A stretch of 58,793 nt of DNA, counting the filler, from Jimgerdemannia flammicorona (Eukaryota), in NCBI GenBank assembly GCA_003990765.1. It is 2 parts of 2 records of this genome, joined end to end, with 100 filler letters (N's around TTAATTAATTAA, not from the genome) between each part and the next. Parts side by side here need not be neighbours in the genome. Positions count along the whole stretch, not along the records: positions 1 to 29,350 come from RBNJ01000502.1; positions 29,451 to 58,793 come from RBNJ01000503.1. One strand, 5' to 3'. Numbering within the stretch: the stretch's first letter is position 1; each line of letters begins with the position of its first letter. This document shows positions 24,105 to 37,480 of the stretch, in pieces. Below the pieces are notes generated by a model that had not been told where the DNA came from, did not search any database, and was given only the letters and a program-made list of their open reading frames with translations. The position numbers and the translations under genes were made by a program.

Positions 24105-25993
24105 ATCTTTCTCTACTATCAATCACATAACATAAACTTTGAAACACACTTTAGAACCATTTATTAGAGAGAGATACTAAGGTCATAGTAACTAACAAGC
24201 AAGCTGACATGCATACTAGGTCAGGTAGACCTAGAGCCTTCAACTGGCAATATATTAGATGAGGGTATGGACTAGAGATGGGGTCTTTTAGTGATCTGAG
24301 TGGGCAGGGCAGTTTAGGTAGTAGTAGTGTCACTAGAGGAGTAGTGAAAGGATAGAGAGGGAGGAGCTTTGCAGATATACTGAAGACTGGAGGATGGTCT
24401 GTTGGAGCTCATGGTGGACAGGCAGGGGGGAAGGGAAAGTAGAAAGAAGGGGAAGCAGGAGGTGCAGCTCCTCAGCTGGTGGGGGGAAGGGCTGGTGGAG
24501 CAGATACTGGGAGTAGGGAGAAGACTGCTGATGGTAGTATGACTGGGAATCTGGAAAAAAATCCAGATATGACTGCTGATAACAGGGCTGGGCTATTGGG
24601 ACCAAAGCAGAAGGGGGACCTGGCTAATAGTGTGACAGGGCTGACAGTGGCACTATTGCTCAAGAAGTCAATCTTGGAGTTCACTATAACCTTGTATTTC
24701 TGGGGCTTGGCAGTAATAGCAAGGATGGTTCTGGGACTTATCTTTAAGCAGATGGCTGGGGCTGCCTTGGTGAAGTTCCTGAGGGGTCTGGAGGGGGTTG
24801 AGATGGGCTTTGAGGAGACAGGCCCTATGGAAGAAGCATTGAAAGTGAGAGTGGCTGTGGGGGAAGTGGTGGTCCCTATAGTGCACTGTCTGAGGTAAGA
24901 CCCCAGAGTGGTTTAGCTACTGATAAAGAGAGTACCTACCATGATGAGGGTTGAGACTAGGAGAAAGATTGAAAAGGTGATGGTGGAGTATGGTGATGTG
25001 GTTGATATCAGATTCCAGATATAAGAGAGGACCACCTTCAGGATAGTGGACATTGATGTTGGCTGAGAGAGAGGCAACTGGGAAGATGAGTGACTGGCCT
25101 TTGGGACTGATGTGGGGGGGCCTTCATCTGTAAGGTATCAAGAGTGAAGGAGAGTGAGGAGGAGAAGGAGGATCTGTTGAAGGCTCTGGAAGATATATGT
25201 GAAGTTGATATATTTGGAGATTGTAGATGGGAAGCATCTCCATACTGACAAAAGGCAGTGGTAGAGGGCTCAGGAGTGCAAGAGGCAGAGAGAGTTGTTG
25301 GCAAGCCTGAAAGGAAGGGTGAAGAATGTGAGTGGTATTGAGGAGTCTGGGGGTGCTGAAGTAAGTGTCTGGGCCAGTAAGAGGGGAGGGGATGTTGAGG
25401 AGGGTCAGGATGGGGCCAGGAAGCCACTGCATAATGATCCATATATGGATGGTGTGTTTGAAGTCTGGGAACAGGACTTGGATGGCACTCCCTCTCTTGT
25501 TAGGCAAGGTCCTGCTATGAGGAGCCAGACAGTGGAGGATGTGCTGATGAGTGACACCCAGTAGGTTCATTTTGGAGTTCCAGATATGGTGAAAGGATAA
25601 GACTGTAAGTGCAGAAGCAGATAAAATAATGCTGAGTGAAGGAAGACCAGCATCTCTAGGAGAGAAAGAGGTGGGTAACCTACTGTAGATGAGCCAGATG
25701 ATGAACAACTTTGCAGCTAAAGAGTTGGGAGAGGTAGACCTGAGAGTGATGAGTGAGAAGTATTGGGTGCAGATTCTGGGGTAGTGGAGGCTCTGAAGGC
25801 AGAGGTACTTGTGATTTTCCTAGAGGAGGAGGGATATGAGATTGATAAGGAGAGAGAGGCCAAGCTGGTGATTGTTGCTAGTGAGCAGGCTGTATACTGT
25901 TGAGCAGAGTATCATGGATTGCAGCTCTGGCAGGAGGCCTGCCTGGAGTATCAGAAGGAGTTTGAGGAGAAGGAGGATAGAGAGATGGCTCAT
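24105..25993 (+). mobile_element. LINE family 1 copy: intact 5' end and ORF1, 3'-truncated, directly abutting the previous copy
   Basis: 5' motif atctttctctactatc at 24105; ORF1 peptide LLKKSILEF...VHCLR. Confidence 0.88.
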
Positions 25994-28330
25994 TAGAGGG
26001 TATCAAGGAACCATTTGGCAATAATACAGATAGCTGCTCCTGTATCTATGAGGATTTTCTCCTTTTGTCCTCTAATATCTCTATATAGATAAGTGCTGAC
26101 ATGTCTTTCTGAAGCTTAAATAGGAATGGAAGCTGGCTCTTGTTGTGGGATTTGAACTCAGTCAGTGCTGGACCTGGTGGTTCTCAGCAATTTGTTTCAG
26201 ACTCTAGCTGATGTTAGTTGCTTGAACTGCAGAAGAGGAACCTCTATCTTGGCTTCTTGAATCTTCTACCAGGCTTTGTTATAGATATCTCTAGGCATAG
26301 TCTTCAGGATGTACTTCTTCTTAGGCTTTGGGGCAGCAGACTCCTGTTCTTCTTATTCCATTTCTTTATCCTTTAGTGGTGAGCTCATTTGTCTTTGAGA
26401 CAAAAGATGAGGGAGTTCAGGGAGGTGTTTCCACTTGCTTCTCTTCATATTCTTTATCTTCTTCTTAGATAATTCTTCTGCTGATATTCCTGGATGGCCT
26501 TCCTATAGGTCTCTTCCTTTTTTCTGCTTGGTAAACTGTTTTCTGAGTAGTAACCTTGGCTGGATACAAGTCCAGATCACTGTAGTCTTCACTGTTACTT
26601 TTTTCTTCAAAGTTTTCAACAGGATGGGCTTCAGTCTTCTTGTACTGGTTTCATTCCTTTGATTTGGTGGTTCTGAATCCCTTTGGTCACTTCTTTTGTT
26701 ATCACATTCAGTGGCATAGTGTCCAAATTGTCCACAGTAGAAGCATTGGATTGGGCTCCATCTTGAACAAAGTATCTTCTTTCTTCCTACTGATAGCTCT
26801 TGTTATCTCTAGGTGGATAACCTTGGTTCCTTTGTGAAGGATATCATCTGTTGTCTTGGTAACTCCAATTTTTGTATATAGTAAGTTATTCAAACTATCC
26901 AACCAATTAGTCCAACTTGGAGCTAAGATCTTGAATTTCACTCCTGTCCTTCTTTCCTTCTTTGGCTGGTCTTCTTTCTTCAGACCTTTCTTATCCTTAA
27001 AGGAGTCCTTATAGGGCTTTGACCAGATTGTCTTCTTTATCCTCCTTCTTATCATAGTCACTCCAGGTAGTTTCTTGTCTGATATCAAAAAATCCTTAGG
27101 CTGCATCTACTTGCTCTTTAGATCTTCTGATACCTAGAGTGTAGATATGCTGGGTAATGTTTGGAGGAATCCCATTCATAAAGGTCATTGGTTCTATAAT
27201 GTTTTGATTAGTGGTATTGAACCCAGTAGTATACATTCTCTTCTTGATTCTTATAAAGATGGCTCTGAGTGATTCTCTAAGATCCATCTTCATCTCTATG
27301 GTGGATTCTTGGGCCTTATGGTGGGCTTCATTTCCTGAATATTTTTCAAAGAGTCAGTAGACTATAGCTACATACTCCAGTGCATAGAATGCTGCTGCTT
27401 ATATTTGTGCTATCAGTTCTGAGTGGGGGTCATTTGTTATTCAGTAGAAAATTCCTCTAGCTGGTTCTCTGAGCTGGGCCTTATAGATGTCAATTTTCGT
27501 TTATCAGAGAGATTTCTCAGGGCTGTAATTCCTTCAATTCCATTAAGGAATTCTCAAGGGTCTTCCTCTGGATATCCTGCAAAGATTGGCAATGAGGTGG
27601 CCATTTCATCATCACTTTCTTCAGATTCTGGTTCTGGTCCAGATTCTGATTCAGATTTTGACTCTGATTTACTTTCTGAACTATTACTGGAGATAGGGGT
27701 GCTTGGGTATCTTGAGGATAGTGTTCTGGACCTTGGACGAAGTGGGGTGAGCCTGGGTATTCTTGAAGAAGCTGCTTCCAGTTCTGCAAGGGCTGGTGGT
27801 AAAGGTTCAATGGGTGAGATTGGTGGGACTGCTGTGATGTATCTGGCTACATAATTTCAAGCTTGTTCAATAAGATCTTCTAGTTCTTGGGCAAGTTCTC
27901 CAAAGTATCTAGTAGGGCCACCTGTGTTGTCTAGTTGATCTGGTTGAGAATTTTGGGCTGTACTGATTTCTGGTTGGAATCCTTCTGATGCTGGGTAGTT
28001 GGCAAGTCTGGAGGTAATTACTTCTCTTCCTGACCAGATACTAGTGATAACTGGTTCTTCTGTAGTGGCAGAGATAGGTGTTGTATCAAATGTGTCCAGT
28101 TTGGCTGTGGGTTCTTGTAAGCTGGAAAGTGATATCAATTTTGAAATCTTCCCAGTTGAGCCTCCAAATGTAATGTGCCTGGCTCAATGGAGGCAAATTA
28201 CAAGGTTGGGGGTTGATGTAGTTTGGCTTGAGCCCCCAGTTACTTTGTTAAAAGCAACAAAATGTTCATGATGTTTAGTGGTATAATAGTCAAAGCTGGA
28301 TATCTGTGAGTAGTTTCCTTATTGGGACAG
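25994..28330 (-). mobile_element. LTR retrotransposon (probably Ty3/gypsy) gag-protease remnant
   Basis: Zinc knuckle QCFYCGQFGHYATEC (about 26703-26749) and aspartic protease ILIDTGAAIC (about 26026-26056) on the minus strand. Confidence 0.8.
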
Positions 28331-29350
28331 TTCTCTGGGTGTAGCAGCGATTTTTGTGTGATAGATGATTTGGTGTAGCATGACGGGATTCCTTATGCGG
28401 TATGATCTGGCAATCTGGCAGTTTCCTTATGCGATTTTGCGTAATGATCTCTGTGTGGCACGACGATTTTGGAGTAGCGAATATTAATCATCATATATAC
28501 TATTTCAATAACTATGTAGTTAAATTACTCAGCTATACTATTCTGTTAGAATAAAGAGCTGTGATCTGAAGTATATACTTATTTTCTTAAGAACTACTTA
28601 AATATATTATTGATATATTTATGTCTCTTATCTCAGTATATAGGACATATTTTACATTCTGTATAGTTCTCTGTAATTACTTTGAATTCTTTGAATTTCT
28701 CTAAAGCTTATAAATATATCTTATATATAATAATATTAAGTAATATCTCTTTCTACTATAAGAAGGAGTATATATCAGACTATAGATATTTATATATAAT
28801 ATCTAGAATTCCAGAGATATGCTTCAATTGTTCTTTAAATAGTCATTAGAATATATTGTTTTCTGTATAATTCTTATTGAAACTCTCAAAATATATATAT
28901 TACTAGTAACATTTTATGAATCTATTCCTAATTATCCTTTCTAGGCTCTTATTGCCAATATGCTCTAAGCATTGATGTCATATATTAGATATATCATATA
29001 TAGTTATTACATATACAGAGACTATTGCTCAATGTTTTTGCCGTAATGTCGATCTACGCTAGGGAGGCGTAACTATACTACGTATTGCATAATGTCAACT
29101 ACGCTACGCTCACGTGATGTCAGTCTTCGTGATAAAACACCAATAACCCCGTGTCACCAAAATGACCATGCATCACCCCGAAATCCTAGGAAAGAAACCT
29201 CAAATAAATGATCGATTGTTCTATATTTGGGTGGAAACACACGGTATAAAAGACCGGCCCAACCACTATGTATATATATGTAGGGTGAGGTGGGTGGTAA
29301 TGAAATGCGTACGAATGTACGGAAGCGCAAAAGCGTAAGTGTAAAGCGCG

Positions 29351-29450
29351 NNNNNNNNNNNNNNNNNNNNNNNNNNNNNNNNNNNNNNNNNNNNTTAATT
29401 AATTAANNNNNNNNNNNNNNNNNNNNNNNNNNNNNNNNNNNNNNNNNNNN
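29351..29450. other. Artificial contig spacer (N44 + TTAATTAATTAA + N44)
   Basis: Symmetric N runs around a 12-bp linker containing stops in all six frames. Confidence 0.97.
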
Positions 29451-29524
29451 GTTTGTTTTTATATAGTCACTTGGACTCTATCTTTATTACCAGTCTATGA
29501 ATAAGTATACAATATCACCACCCA

Positions 29525-32500
29525 CTATCTGATCCCCATAGGGGGGCCCCTCCCCACCTCTTCATGGATAAAGACCACCCTCTCACCAACGACTCCAACT
29601 CTCCCACCACTCTGACCACAGATTTTCTCCACCAAGTGGCACCTCTGACCCCCCTGCAGCCCCCAACCAAGCCACCAGCCTGTCAAGGTATCCTTCATAA
29701 GGCACTGCCACTGTGATAACTGGCTCCCCAAGCTCTGTCGCCTCTCCTCCTCAAAAACAAATAGCCAGTGACTGGCCAGCCCAACCCAAATAGCCAATGC
29801 CCAGCCTAAGGTAATCCACTCCACCTCTACCCCTCCTACCAATTGATCCCTCAGGTCCTCCCACCTCCCCCATACATCATCTCCCCTACACCTCACCCCC
29901 AAGTGGTCCCCAATGGCCTGCCAAAAGTCTCCCAACACCTCACACTCTCCTAGCCAATGTTCTGGTGTCTGTACAAATCCCCCTTCCTGTCCTACATTAT
30001 GGCACTCCTTACAGTCAAAGCAACCCCCCATGATAAGGTGTCCTGAGTGGAAGTTGAGCATCACATTCCTCCTCAGCATATACCACCAGACCACCCAGTA
30101 CTTTGGTGGCATCCATTTTTTCACTACAGCACTCCAGGTCCAAACACTATGCCAGTCCCACTCCTCTCCAATTCCAACTCCTTGCCAACCACTAGGCCAC
30201 AGATCCTGGCCCAGTCTCCTTTGGTATTCTACTCCATCACCAATGTTGAACTCAAGTAAAGGTATGCCACTCAGTAGAATGCCATCTCATCTCTACATCG
30301 CTGGGTCCCAAGCCCTCTCCCCCTCATTCCCTTGCCAATGAATACCAATGTGGTGTGCCCCCTCTGCTATCCCTCACCAGAAACCTTTATATCGCAATTG
30401 TGCAGTGTTCTGAAGTCCAACTAATGAGAGAAGATCACCAGTCGAGCCTCTTGGTGATGACCACCTCTCTCAGACCTTCTGCAGTAGGGGAACCCAACCC
30501 CCTCCACACAACTCCACCACCCTCTTAAGCCACCATGCTCTCAAGCAGTGTAGTCATTTGGGAAAGTCCACCAGCCCAAGACCACCTGTTGCCACCAGTA
30601 GGGACAAGGTCTCCCAACTGATCTGACTCTGTCTGCCAGCCCAAATCCATCCCTTGGCCACCTTCACCAATATCTTCACCACCCAGGCTGGGAAGTCCAG
30701 ATGATAAGCCAAATACCACAGCTTTGGCAGCCAGTATACATTCAGAATCAAGATCCTTCCTGCCAGAGAAAAGTGTCTTCCCCCCCAACTCCACAGGTCC
30801 TCCTCCCAAATTCCAACTCACTGCTCCCACCACAACCTGGGCAGAACAGACCCATAGACTGACAAATAGATGCCCAAGTACTGCACCATCTCACCAGTGG
30901 GGACAATTGTTCCAATAACTTCTCCTCTCACTAGGCTGTTGCCCAGCACCATTGTTTTACACTTGTGCCAATTCAGCTTCGCCCAGAGTACTCCTCATAC
31001 CACTCCACTGTCTTCTTGAGCTCCTCGACATCAGCAATCACTCCCAAACCAACCACCATGTCATCTGCAAAGGCTCCAACATTCCAGCCAATGCCATAGA
31101 TAGAGAGCCCTACTATTCTCTGCTGAATTCTGTCCATTAGGAGTTCCAAGGAAAGAGCATACAAAATGGGGGACAGTGGGTCCCCCTGGGGCACCCCCCT
31201 ACCCAGAGGGAATGCTACCCCTCTATGCCCATTACACATGAGCACAGCCCTACTCCCTTCCAGTAGGCTGACCATTGCCAACCGAAATTGGACTGGAACC
31301 CAATTCTATCTAATACTTTCACCAGCCAGACTCATCACACTCGGTCATAAGCCTTCTTCTGGTCCAAGAAGACAAGATGCCCATCCAGTCCACAGGCTCT
31401 AGCATCTTCAATAACTCCATGAATCCAGGCTATGCCATCTCTAATAAGCTGGCCCCCTACAAAGCCCCTCTGCTCAATACCCACAATTTGCTGGGCTACC
31501 TTCTGTAGCCTTGCGACCACTACCTTAGTCACCAACTTTCTGTCCATATCTAGCAACATTATCAGCTGCCAGTTCTTCCAATCCTCTTGCCTTCCTTTGT
31601 TCTTATAAAGCAGCATCACCAGCCCAAGATCCTGCTCCCCCACCCATCTCCCTGACTGCAATATAAAGTCACACAGTACTGTCAACTCCCCCAACATACC
31701 TGGGACTCCAACCATTCACTTCCAGAAGTCCCAGGGTAGGCTATCCTCCCCAGGTGCCATACCCGAGGCTGTTGTGGCAAGAACCTGGTGGATCTCATCC
31801 TCCTTTACAGGCATCATCAGATCACCTAGTCTCTTAACTTGTGGTGGGTGCCAATCTTCTAATATTTGGTCAATAGCTATAGCATTCACCCTACCCTCCT
31901 CCTCACTCCACAATCCACTCCATCACTCTTTCAGCAATCCAAGAATATCCTGTACACTATGTACTAGTACACCATCTGAGTCAAGTACCCCTTCCCACTG
32001 CTGCTGTACCCTTCTTGCCCTAAGCATCCTTATGAGAAACTTGGAAGGCCTCTCCCCTTCCTCCAGCCCCTGCCAATGAAGCTGTGCCCTAAGCATCCTC
32101 ATGAGAAACTTGGAAGGCCTCTCCCCTTCCTCCAGCCCCTGCCAATGAAGCTGTGCCACCAGCCCTTGCATCCTTGCCTCTTCCTCTTCCTGCAGCACCT
32201 GTTGTAGTTTTCCAACCTCCATCTTCACCTTCATTATTCTCCAATCCTCTTCTCTCTTCACTATTGCCAGTCTCACCCACTCCTCCAGGAGCCTAGCCAA
32301 TCTAGTAGAAGCCCAATGCACTCTCTGCCTTCGCTGCTTCCCAGCCTCTCTGCCAGCCTCACTCCAGTACATCCTGGCCATCTCTTTCATCCTCATCCAC
32401 TGAACCCCAATTGAGGCCCCTTACTGCCACCAGTTCTTCACCTTCAGCTGAATGTCTTTAGCCCACTCCTCCCACTGAGACTCATCATCTAACAAGGAGG

Positions 32501-33248
32501 AATTTAGGCACCAATGTCCAGGCCCACCTCCACTTCCCCCAAAACACCCCTGTCCCAAAAGGCCCCAGTGATCCGACCATGGACACCATTCCACCTCCAG
32601 CATCTTCCAAACATCACAGTCCCAATAGTTGGCCATCAGAATCCAGTCAATTCTTGTCCCCAGGCCTCCAGCCCAATGTGTATATACCCTCTTATCCCCC
32701 CAGTACTTCCTACCAGCATCTACCAGTGCTCCTAGTCTTTTGACTTCCTCCCATATTGCCAGCCCCCCACTCCTGCTTTCAGCACCCCATCCTCTATCAG
32801 TTCTATCCAACTGTATATCTCGAACCATATTAAAATCTCCCCCAAGCATATCCACCTCAGTCTCAGCAAGGATCCCACTCTCCTGGAGCCCTTTCACCCA
32901 ATCTATATGCTCCCCCCATACAGCAGGGCAGTAACAGGAGCCAACTGTAACTAGCTCTCAGCCTGCATGAATCGACTCACTCCAGACCAGTCTCTCTCCC
33001 CAGCTCCTCACATCTCTTATCTCCCCTCTGTCTTTCCAAACCAGAATCCTGACCTTGCTATTCCAAATTGCCATGCCACCCCATTCCTTTGTCCATTCCA
33101 TTCTATCAGAATCATCCTCACACCTGATATCCTGCAAGAGGAAGAGATTGGCCTCCAATCCCTTCAGCCAAATAAAAATGTTCCTATGTCTAACAGCGCC
33201 CCTTAGCCCATTCATGTTCAAAGAAAAAATATTGATTGTACTGTTCAT
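29525..33248 (-). pseudogene. LINE ORF2: AP endonuclease, reverse transcriptase and C-terminal Cys/His domain
   Basis: SLNMNGL, LLQD, GGDFN, RIDW, WSDH; PGEDSLP, EQRGFV, LDQKKAYDRV, GVPQGDPLSP, AFADD, PKLWY; CKEC...TPEHWLGEC. Interrupted by stops. Confidence 0.93.
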
Positions 33249-33278
33249 AATGAAATACGATTTGTTCTCAGTCGATCT

Positions 33279-35300
33279 CTACTGCTCCATGCTCATCTCC
33301 TCCTGTGCCATGTCCAAATTATATTCTGCCATCACCTCCCCCTCTTTAGCCCTCCAAGCCTCCAATCCAGCCAACAGCTCATTCATCTCCTCATCGGCCT
33401 TCTCCTCAAACTCCTCTCTGTACTCGATGCAAGCCTCCTGCCAAAGCTGCAATCCATGATGCTTATTCCAACAGTACTCAGCCCTCTCCCTAGCAATAAC
33501 TGCCATCTCTGCCTTCCGCTCCTTATCCACCTCATATCCTTTCTCCTCCAGATACACCGTGAGAATTTCCGCCTTCAGTACCATCACCACTCCTTCTCTC
33601 TGCAAAATTCTTGCCCAGTGCTTGTCACTCATCACACATAAGTCCACCTCCAACTCTTCTGCCACCAGGTTATTCATCATCCTGCACATCCAAAGTAGGT
33701 TCCCCACCTCCTTCCCACCAGGGGTCACTGGCCTCCCTCTGTCCAACATTGTGGTGTCAGCTCTGGCACTCACATCCTCATCCCACACCTCCAGGACATC
33801 CACCAGTTCCTCCTCCCCAGCCACCACTACATGACCCCCATTCATCATCTCCAGAATGCTGAATTTCACCTGCTGGGTCCCCAGCATCGTCATGTCCTCC
33901 CCAGTCTTATTTCTGGAAGCCGGGCCATGCCTGATAAGAGGAGAAGGAGTGGGGGAGTTCTCCCAGACCTCATCCCAAACCTCCAAGGTACCATCAGCAT
34001 ATGGGTCGATAATCTTCACCTCTTTCGCCTTCCCTGTCTCCACCCCATCATTCCCACTCCTCTTGCCAGCCCAGATGCTCGCTTTGGCCCCTTCTGCACT
34101 CATCTTCTTGCTCACATCCTTCTGTGGTCTGCCCTCCAGTTTAGCCAGCAGATCCTTCTATCTCTTCTGCCCCTAAGCCCTTTCCCACTGCACCTTGTCC
34201 ACTCGAATCCTCTTTCCATCCACCACCTCCAGGTGCATTGACTCTACAAAAGCCTTCCAGGCCTTTGCTCACCACTCCACAGCCCCATCCAGTTCTTCCA
34301 GCACCTCCAATAAATCCTCTTCCTCCTCTTCACTTCCTTTCATCCTCATCACCTTATACAAGATCGCTCCCCAAACCATCACCAAAGGCCAGTCCCTCAC
34401 CTTCCCAGTAACTTCTTTCCCAGCCAGCCAAATCCTCACATCCACATCCCCAGTCCTGAGCATGGTCCCTTCCCAGACCCTGAATCTGATATCCACCACC
34501 TCTCCATACTCTGCCATGACATCCTCAACTCTCTTTCTTGTCTCCATTGCCATCACCATGGGCACTCCTTTCACCAGCAGTTAGACCACCCTCGGATCCC
34601 ATTTCAAACACCTTACCATTGGAACACACACCTCCCCAACCACTAACCCAACCTTCAGTATCTCCTCCAGCAGCTCAGCCTCCTCAAAACCCACCTCTAC
34701 ACCCTCCAGTCCCTTCAGAAACTTCACTGAAGTAGCTCCCGCCACCTGCTTAGCAATAAGCCCCAGCACCATTTTCACCATCACCACTAAGCCCTGGAAG
34801 CACAGTGTAACTGTGAATGCCGAGATCGATTTCTTGAGTAATGGGGCCACTGCCAGGCCCATCATGTCATCCACCAAATCCCCTTGTCTTCCAAGCCCCA
34901 GCTGCTCAGCCTTGCCAACAGCTGTCATATCTGGAATTTTTTCCAGATTAGCAGTCCCATTACCATCAGCAGTCACACTCCCCCCAGCCACTACTCCCCC
35001 AGCTTCACTGCCCCCCCTTCCAAGGGCCACTCCCCCATGCACTACCATCTTCTCAGTCTTCTTGCCCCTCCTCAGCCAGCCCTCCAGCCCTGACACCTAC
35101 TGCCTCTCCTTCACTATCTCCGTAAAGCTCGCCCTCCCAGACTCCTATCCTCTATCAGTACCTCCACCCCTTCCTCGTCCTCCTGCCAGCAGCCCCCTCA
35201 TGCCCCCCCCCAGGCCTGGGCCCCTCCCAACTTGCTGCCATTTGAAAGCACTTGGGCTGCCCTGCCCAGTATGCACCCCAGCTTGCCTATTGGTTGTCAT
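33279..35300 (-). pseudogene. LINE ORF1 (Gly-rich N-terminus, central conserved domain, acidic C-terminus)
   Basis: ORF pieces 34581-35096, 34269-34574 and 33279-34115 are homologous to the other ORF1 copies; ends about 30 nt before the ORF2 ATG. Confidence 0.85.
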
Positions 35301-37059
35301 GTTGTTAGTCTCTTTACTCCAAAAACGATGTCATGAGTGCCTTCCAAAGGTTGTGTAATCTGAATGGTCTGGAGGAAGATGCCCGATGATAGAGTATTCT
35401 TAGATAAACCTTTGGTAGTAATCAGCAATACCCAAGAAGTGCTGGGGTAGCTTGAGGGTAATGGGGATAGGAATATCCTTAAGGGCTGATACTTTTTGGG
35501 GGTCTACATTGATACTTTCAGCAGAGATAATATATCCTAGGTACTCAATCTGGTCTTGATAGAACTTGCACTTGCTCATCTTAGCATAGAGCTGATATTC
35601 TCACAGGAGGGTCAATATCTATCTGAGGTGGATGTAGTGTAGCTCTACTATTTTGCTGTAGATTAGTATATCATTAATATATACAAGGATACAAATGTTG
35701 AGAAATGGTCCAAAGATATCATTCATCAGATACTGAAATATTGCTGGTACATTGGTCAAATCAAAAGGCATGACTCGGAACTGGTAGTATCCAAACCATA
35801 TTCAGAAAGCTGTCTTTTCAATGTCCTTCTCATCAATGAGAATCTGGTGATAGCCATTTTACAAGTCTAGTAGGGAAAAGGTCTTGGCCTTGAAGATTTG
35901 GTATAGCATCTCATCAATCCTAGATAGAGCATATCAGTTCTTGATGGTAATCTTGTTGAGGGCTCTGTAGTCAATATACATTTGCAGAGATCTATCTTTC
36001 TTCTTGACAAATAGAATAGGTGCTCCAAATGGAGAGCAGCTGGGTTCAATGTATTCTTGGGCCAGTAGTTTGGTCAGCTCCTTTGAGGGTCTTGAGTTCC
36101 AGTTGGGCCAGTTGATAGATACTCTTATATGGGAGTTCAGATCCTAGAATGAGATCAATTCCATGTTGGATTTAGTGCTTTGGTAGAAGTCCTTGAGGGT
36201 CTTGGAATACATCTTAGAATTTCTCAAACAGTTCTTGAGCTTCTGTGGAGATTGGGCTACTCAGAGCTTCAGTGACTTCTTGTACAGTACAGATGAAGTA
36301 GGTGTTTCCCTTTTTTCATAAGAGTCTCTTCATTTGGATAGCAGAGATGATTTTGATTCCTTGATGGTTGGTACTTTCCTAAGGTATCAGGGTGATCTTT
36401 CTGCCTTCATGGATCAGATTAACCTTGTTGGACCTCCAGTTGATATCTGGGTTGTACTGAGTCAACCAGACTTTTCCTAGGATAATATCCTATCCTGGGA
36501 GGTCTACAATACTGAAGTCCAACTTCTCTTGATATTTGTCAATCTTGAGTAAAAGACCTTCACAGATCTTGGTCAATAGTTGTAGTCTTGCCATCACTAA
36601 TGGTAACACTCCTTTTCTCAGTAGCTGGTCTGCTTTGGGCTCCAATTCTCTTAACAGTCTTAGTGCTGATATAGTTTCCTGTAGTGCCACTATCAAGCAA
36701 GACATTGACATTCTGTCTGTGGACTTAGCCTGTGAACTTGATGCAACTGTTCTCCTTTTTGGTAGTGTTGAGATCTTCATTTTCATTGTTGTCCCAATTG
36801 CTGTCAGTCTCCTCAAAGTCAGTTTCTCCCCATCCTTCACAAGAAGGGTTGTCTTGTTTAGACTCCTCAGTCAGTTGGGCTTGGCATCTTTCAGAGTTGA
36901 TTTTGAAAACTTTGAAGAGGCATGCATGGCATTCACTAACATATTCCATGCAGTACATTTGGATAGAATGAGGGCATCATCTACATAGTACATAACCATC
37001 TGCAATTCTCTTGTACCAGTTTTCATCATCTTCCTTTATGGTGGTGACCTTTTGACTGT

Positions 37060-37480
37060 GGGGTTTATTGGTTGATCCAAACTCTTTTTTGCCACAGTCT
37101 ATCTGAGAGAGCTTGGGGACTTCTTCAATAGTGAGATCTTGATAGATTTCTTCAATAATTATTTGAGCAATCCTTTGGCCTGTTTTGACTTCAAATGCTG
37201 TATCTCTAAAATTTTGCAAGATGACATGGATTTTGCCAGTAAATCCTTGGTCAACTACTCCTCCTTCTAGCCCAATGTTGAATTCTTTGGCTAGGCTGCT
37301 TTGCTCAGCAAGGTGGATGTATGTACTCTTGGGAGCTTGTATTACTATTTCTGTTCACACTATAGCATTGGTATTTGGTGGGATGATGAGATCTTGGCTA
37401 CTGTAGAGGTCAAACCCTACATCAGTGGGGTGGGCCTTAGTGGGGATGGTAGCCTTATACCATATCTTCTGCACCTTGAT
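37060..37480 (-). pseudogene. dUTPase domain of the gypsy element
   Basis: IPTKAHPTDVGFDLYS (motif 1), EQSSLA (decayed RSS, motif 2), GVVDQGFTG (motif 3), GQRIAQII (motif 4), CGKKEFGST (decayed motif 5). Confidence 0.9.

Larger units (their letters stand above)
29451..35380 (-). mobile_element. Near-full-length Tx1/L1-like non-LTR retrotransposon (family 1), about 5.9 kb
   Basis: 5' motif atcttcctccagaccattcagattacacaa at 35380; ORF1 about 35300-33279; ORF2 33248-29525; A-rich end at the contig edge. Confidence 0.93.

Noticed and set aside
28490..29040. Possible 5' LTR of the gag-protease remnant
   Set aside because: The position fits, but no TG...CA termini, PBS or partner LTR could be identified in this AT-eroded stretch.
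29395..29406. Palindromic TTAATTAATTAA inside the N run
   Set aside because: Artificial contig-joining linker, not biology.
33456..35358. Ser/Pro/Thr-rich plus-strand ORFs (also those antisense to other LINE copies)
   Set aside because: Antisense shadows of the purine-rich LINE ORF1/ORF2, not independent genes.
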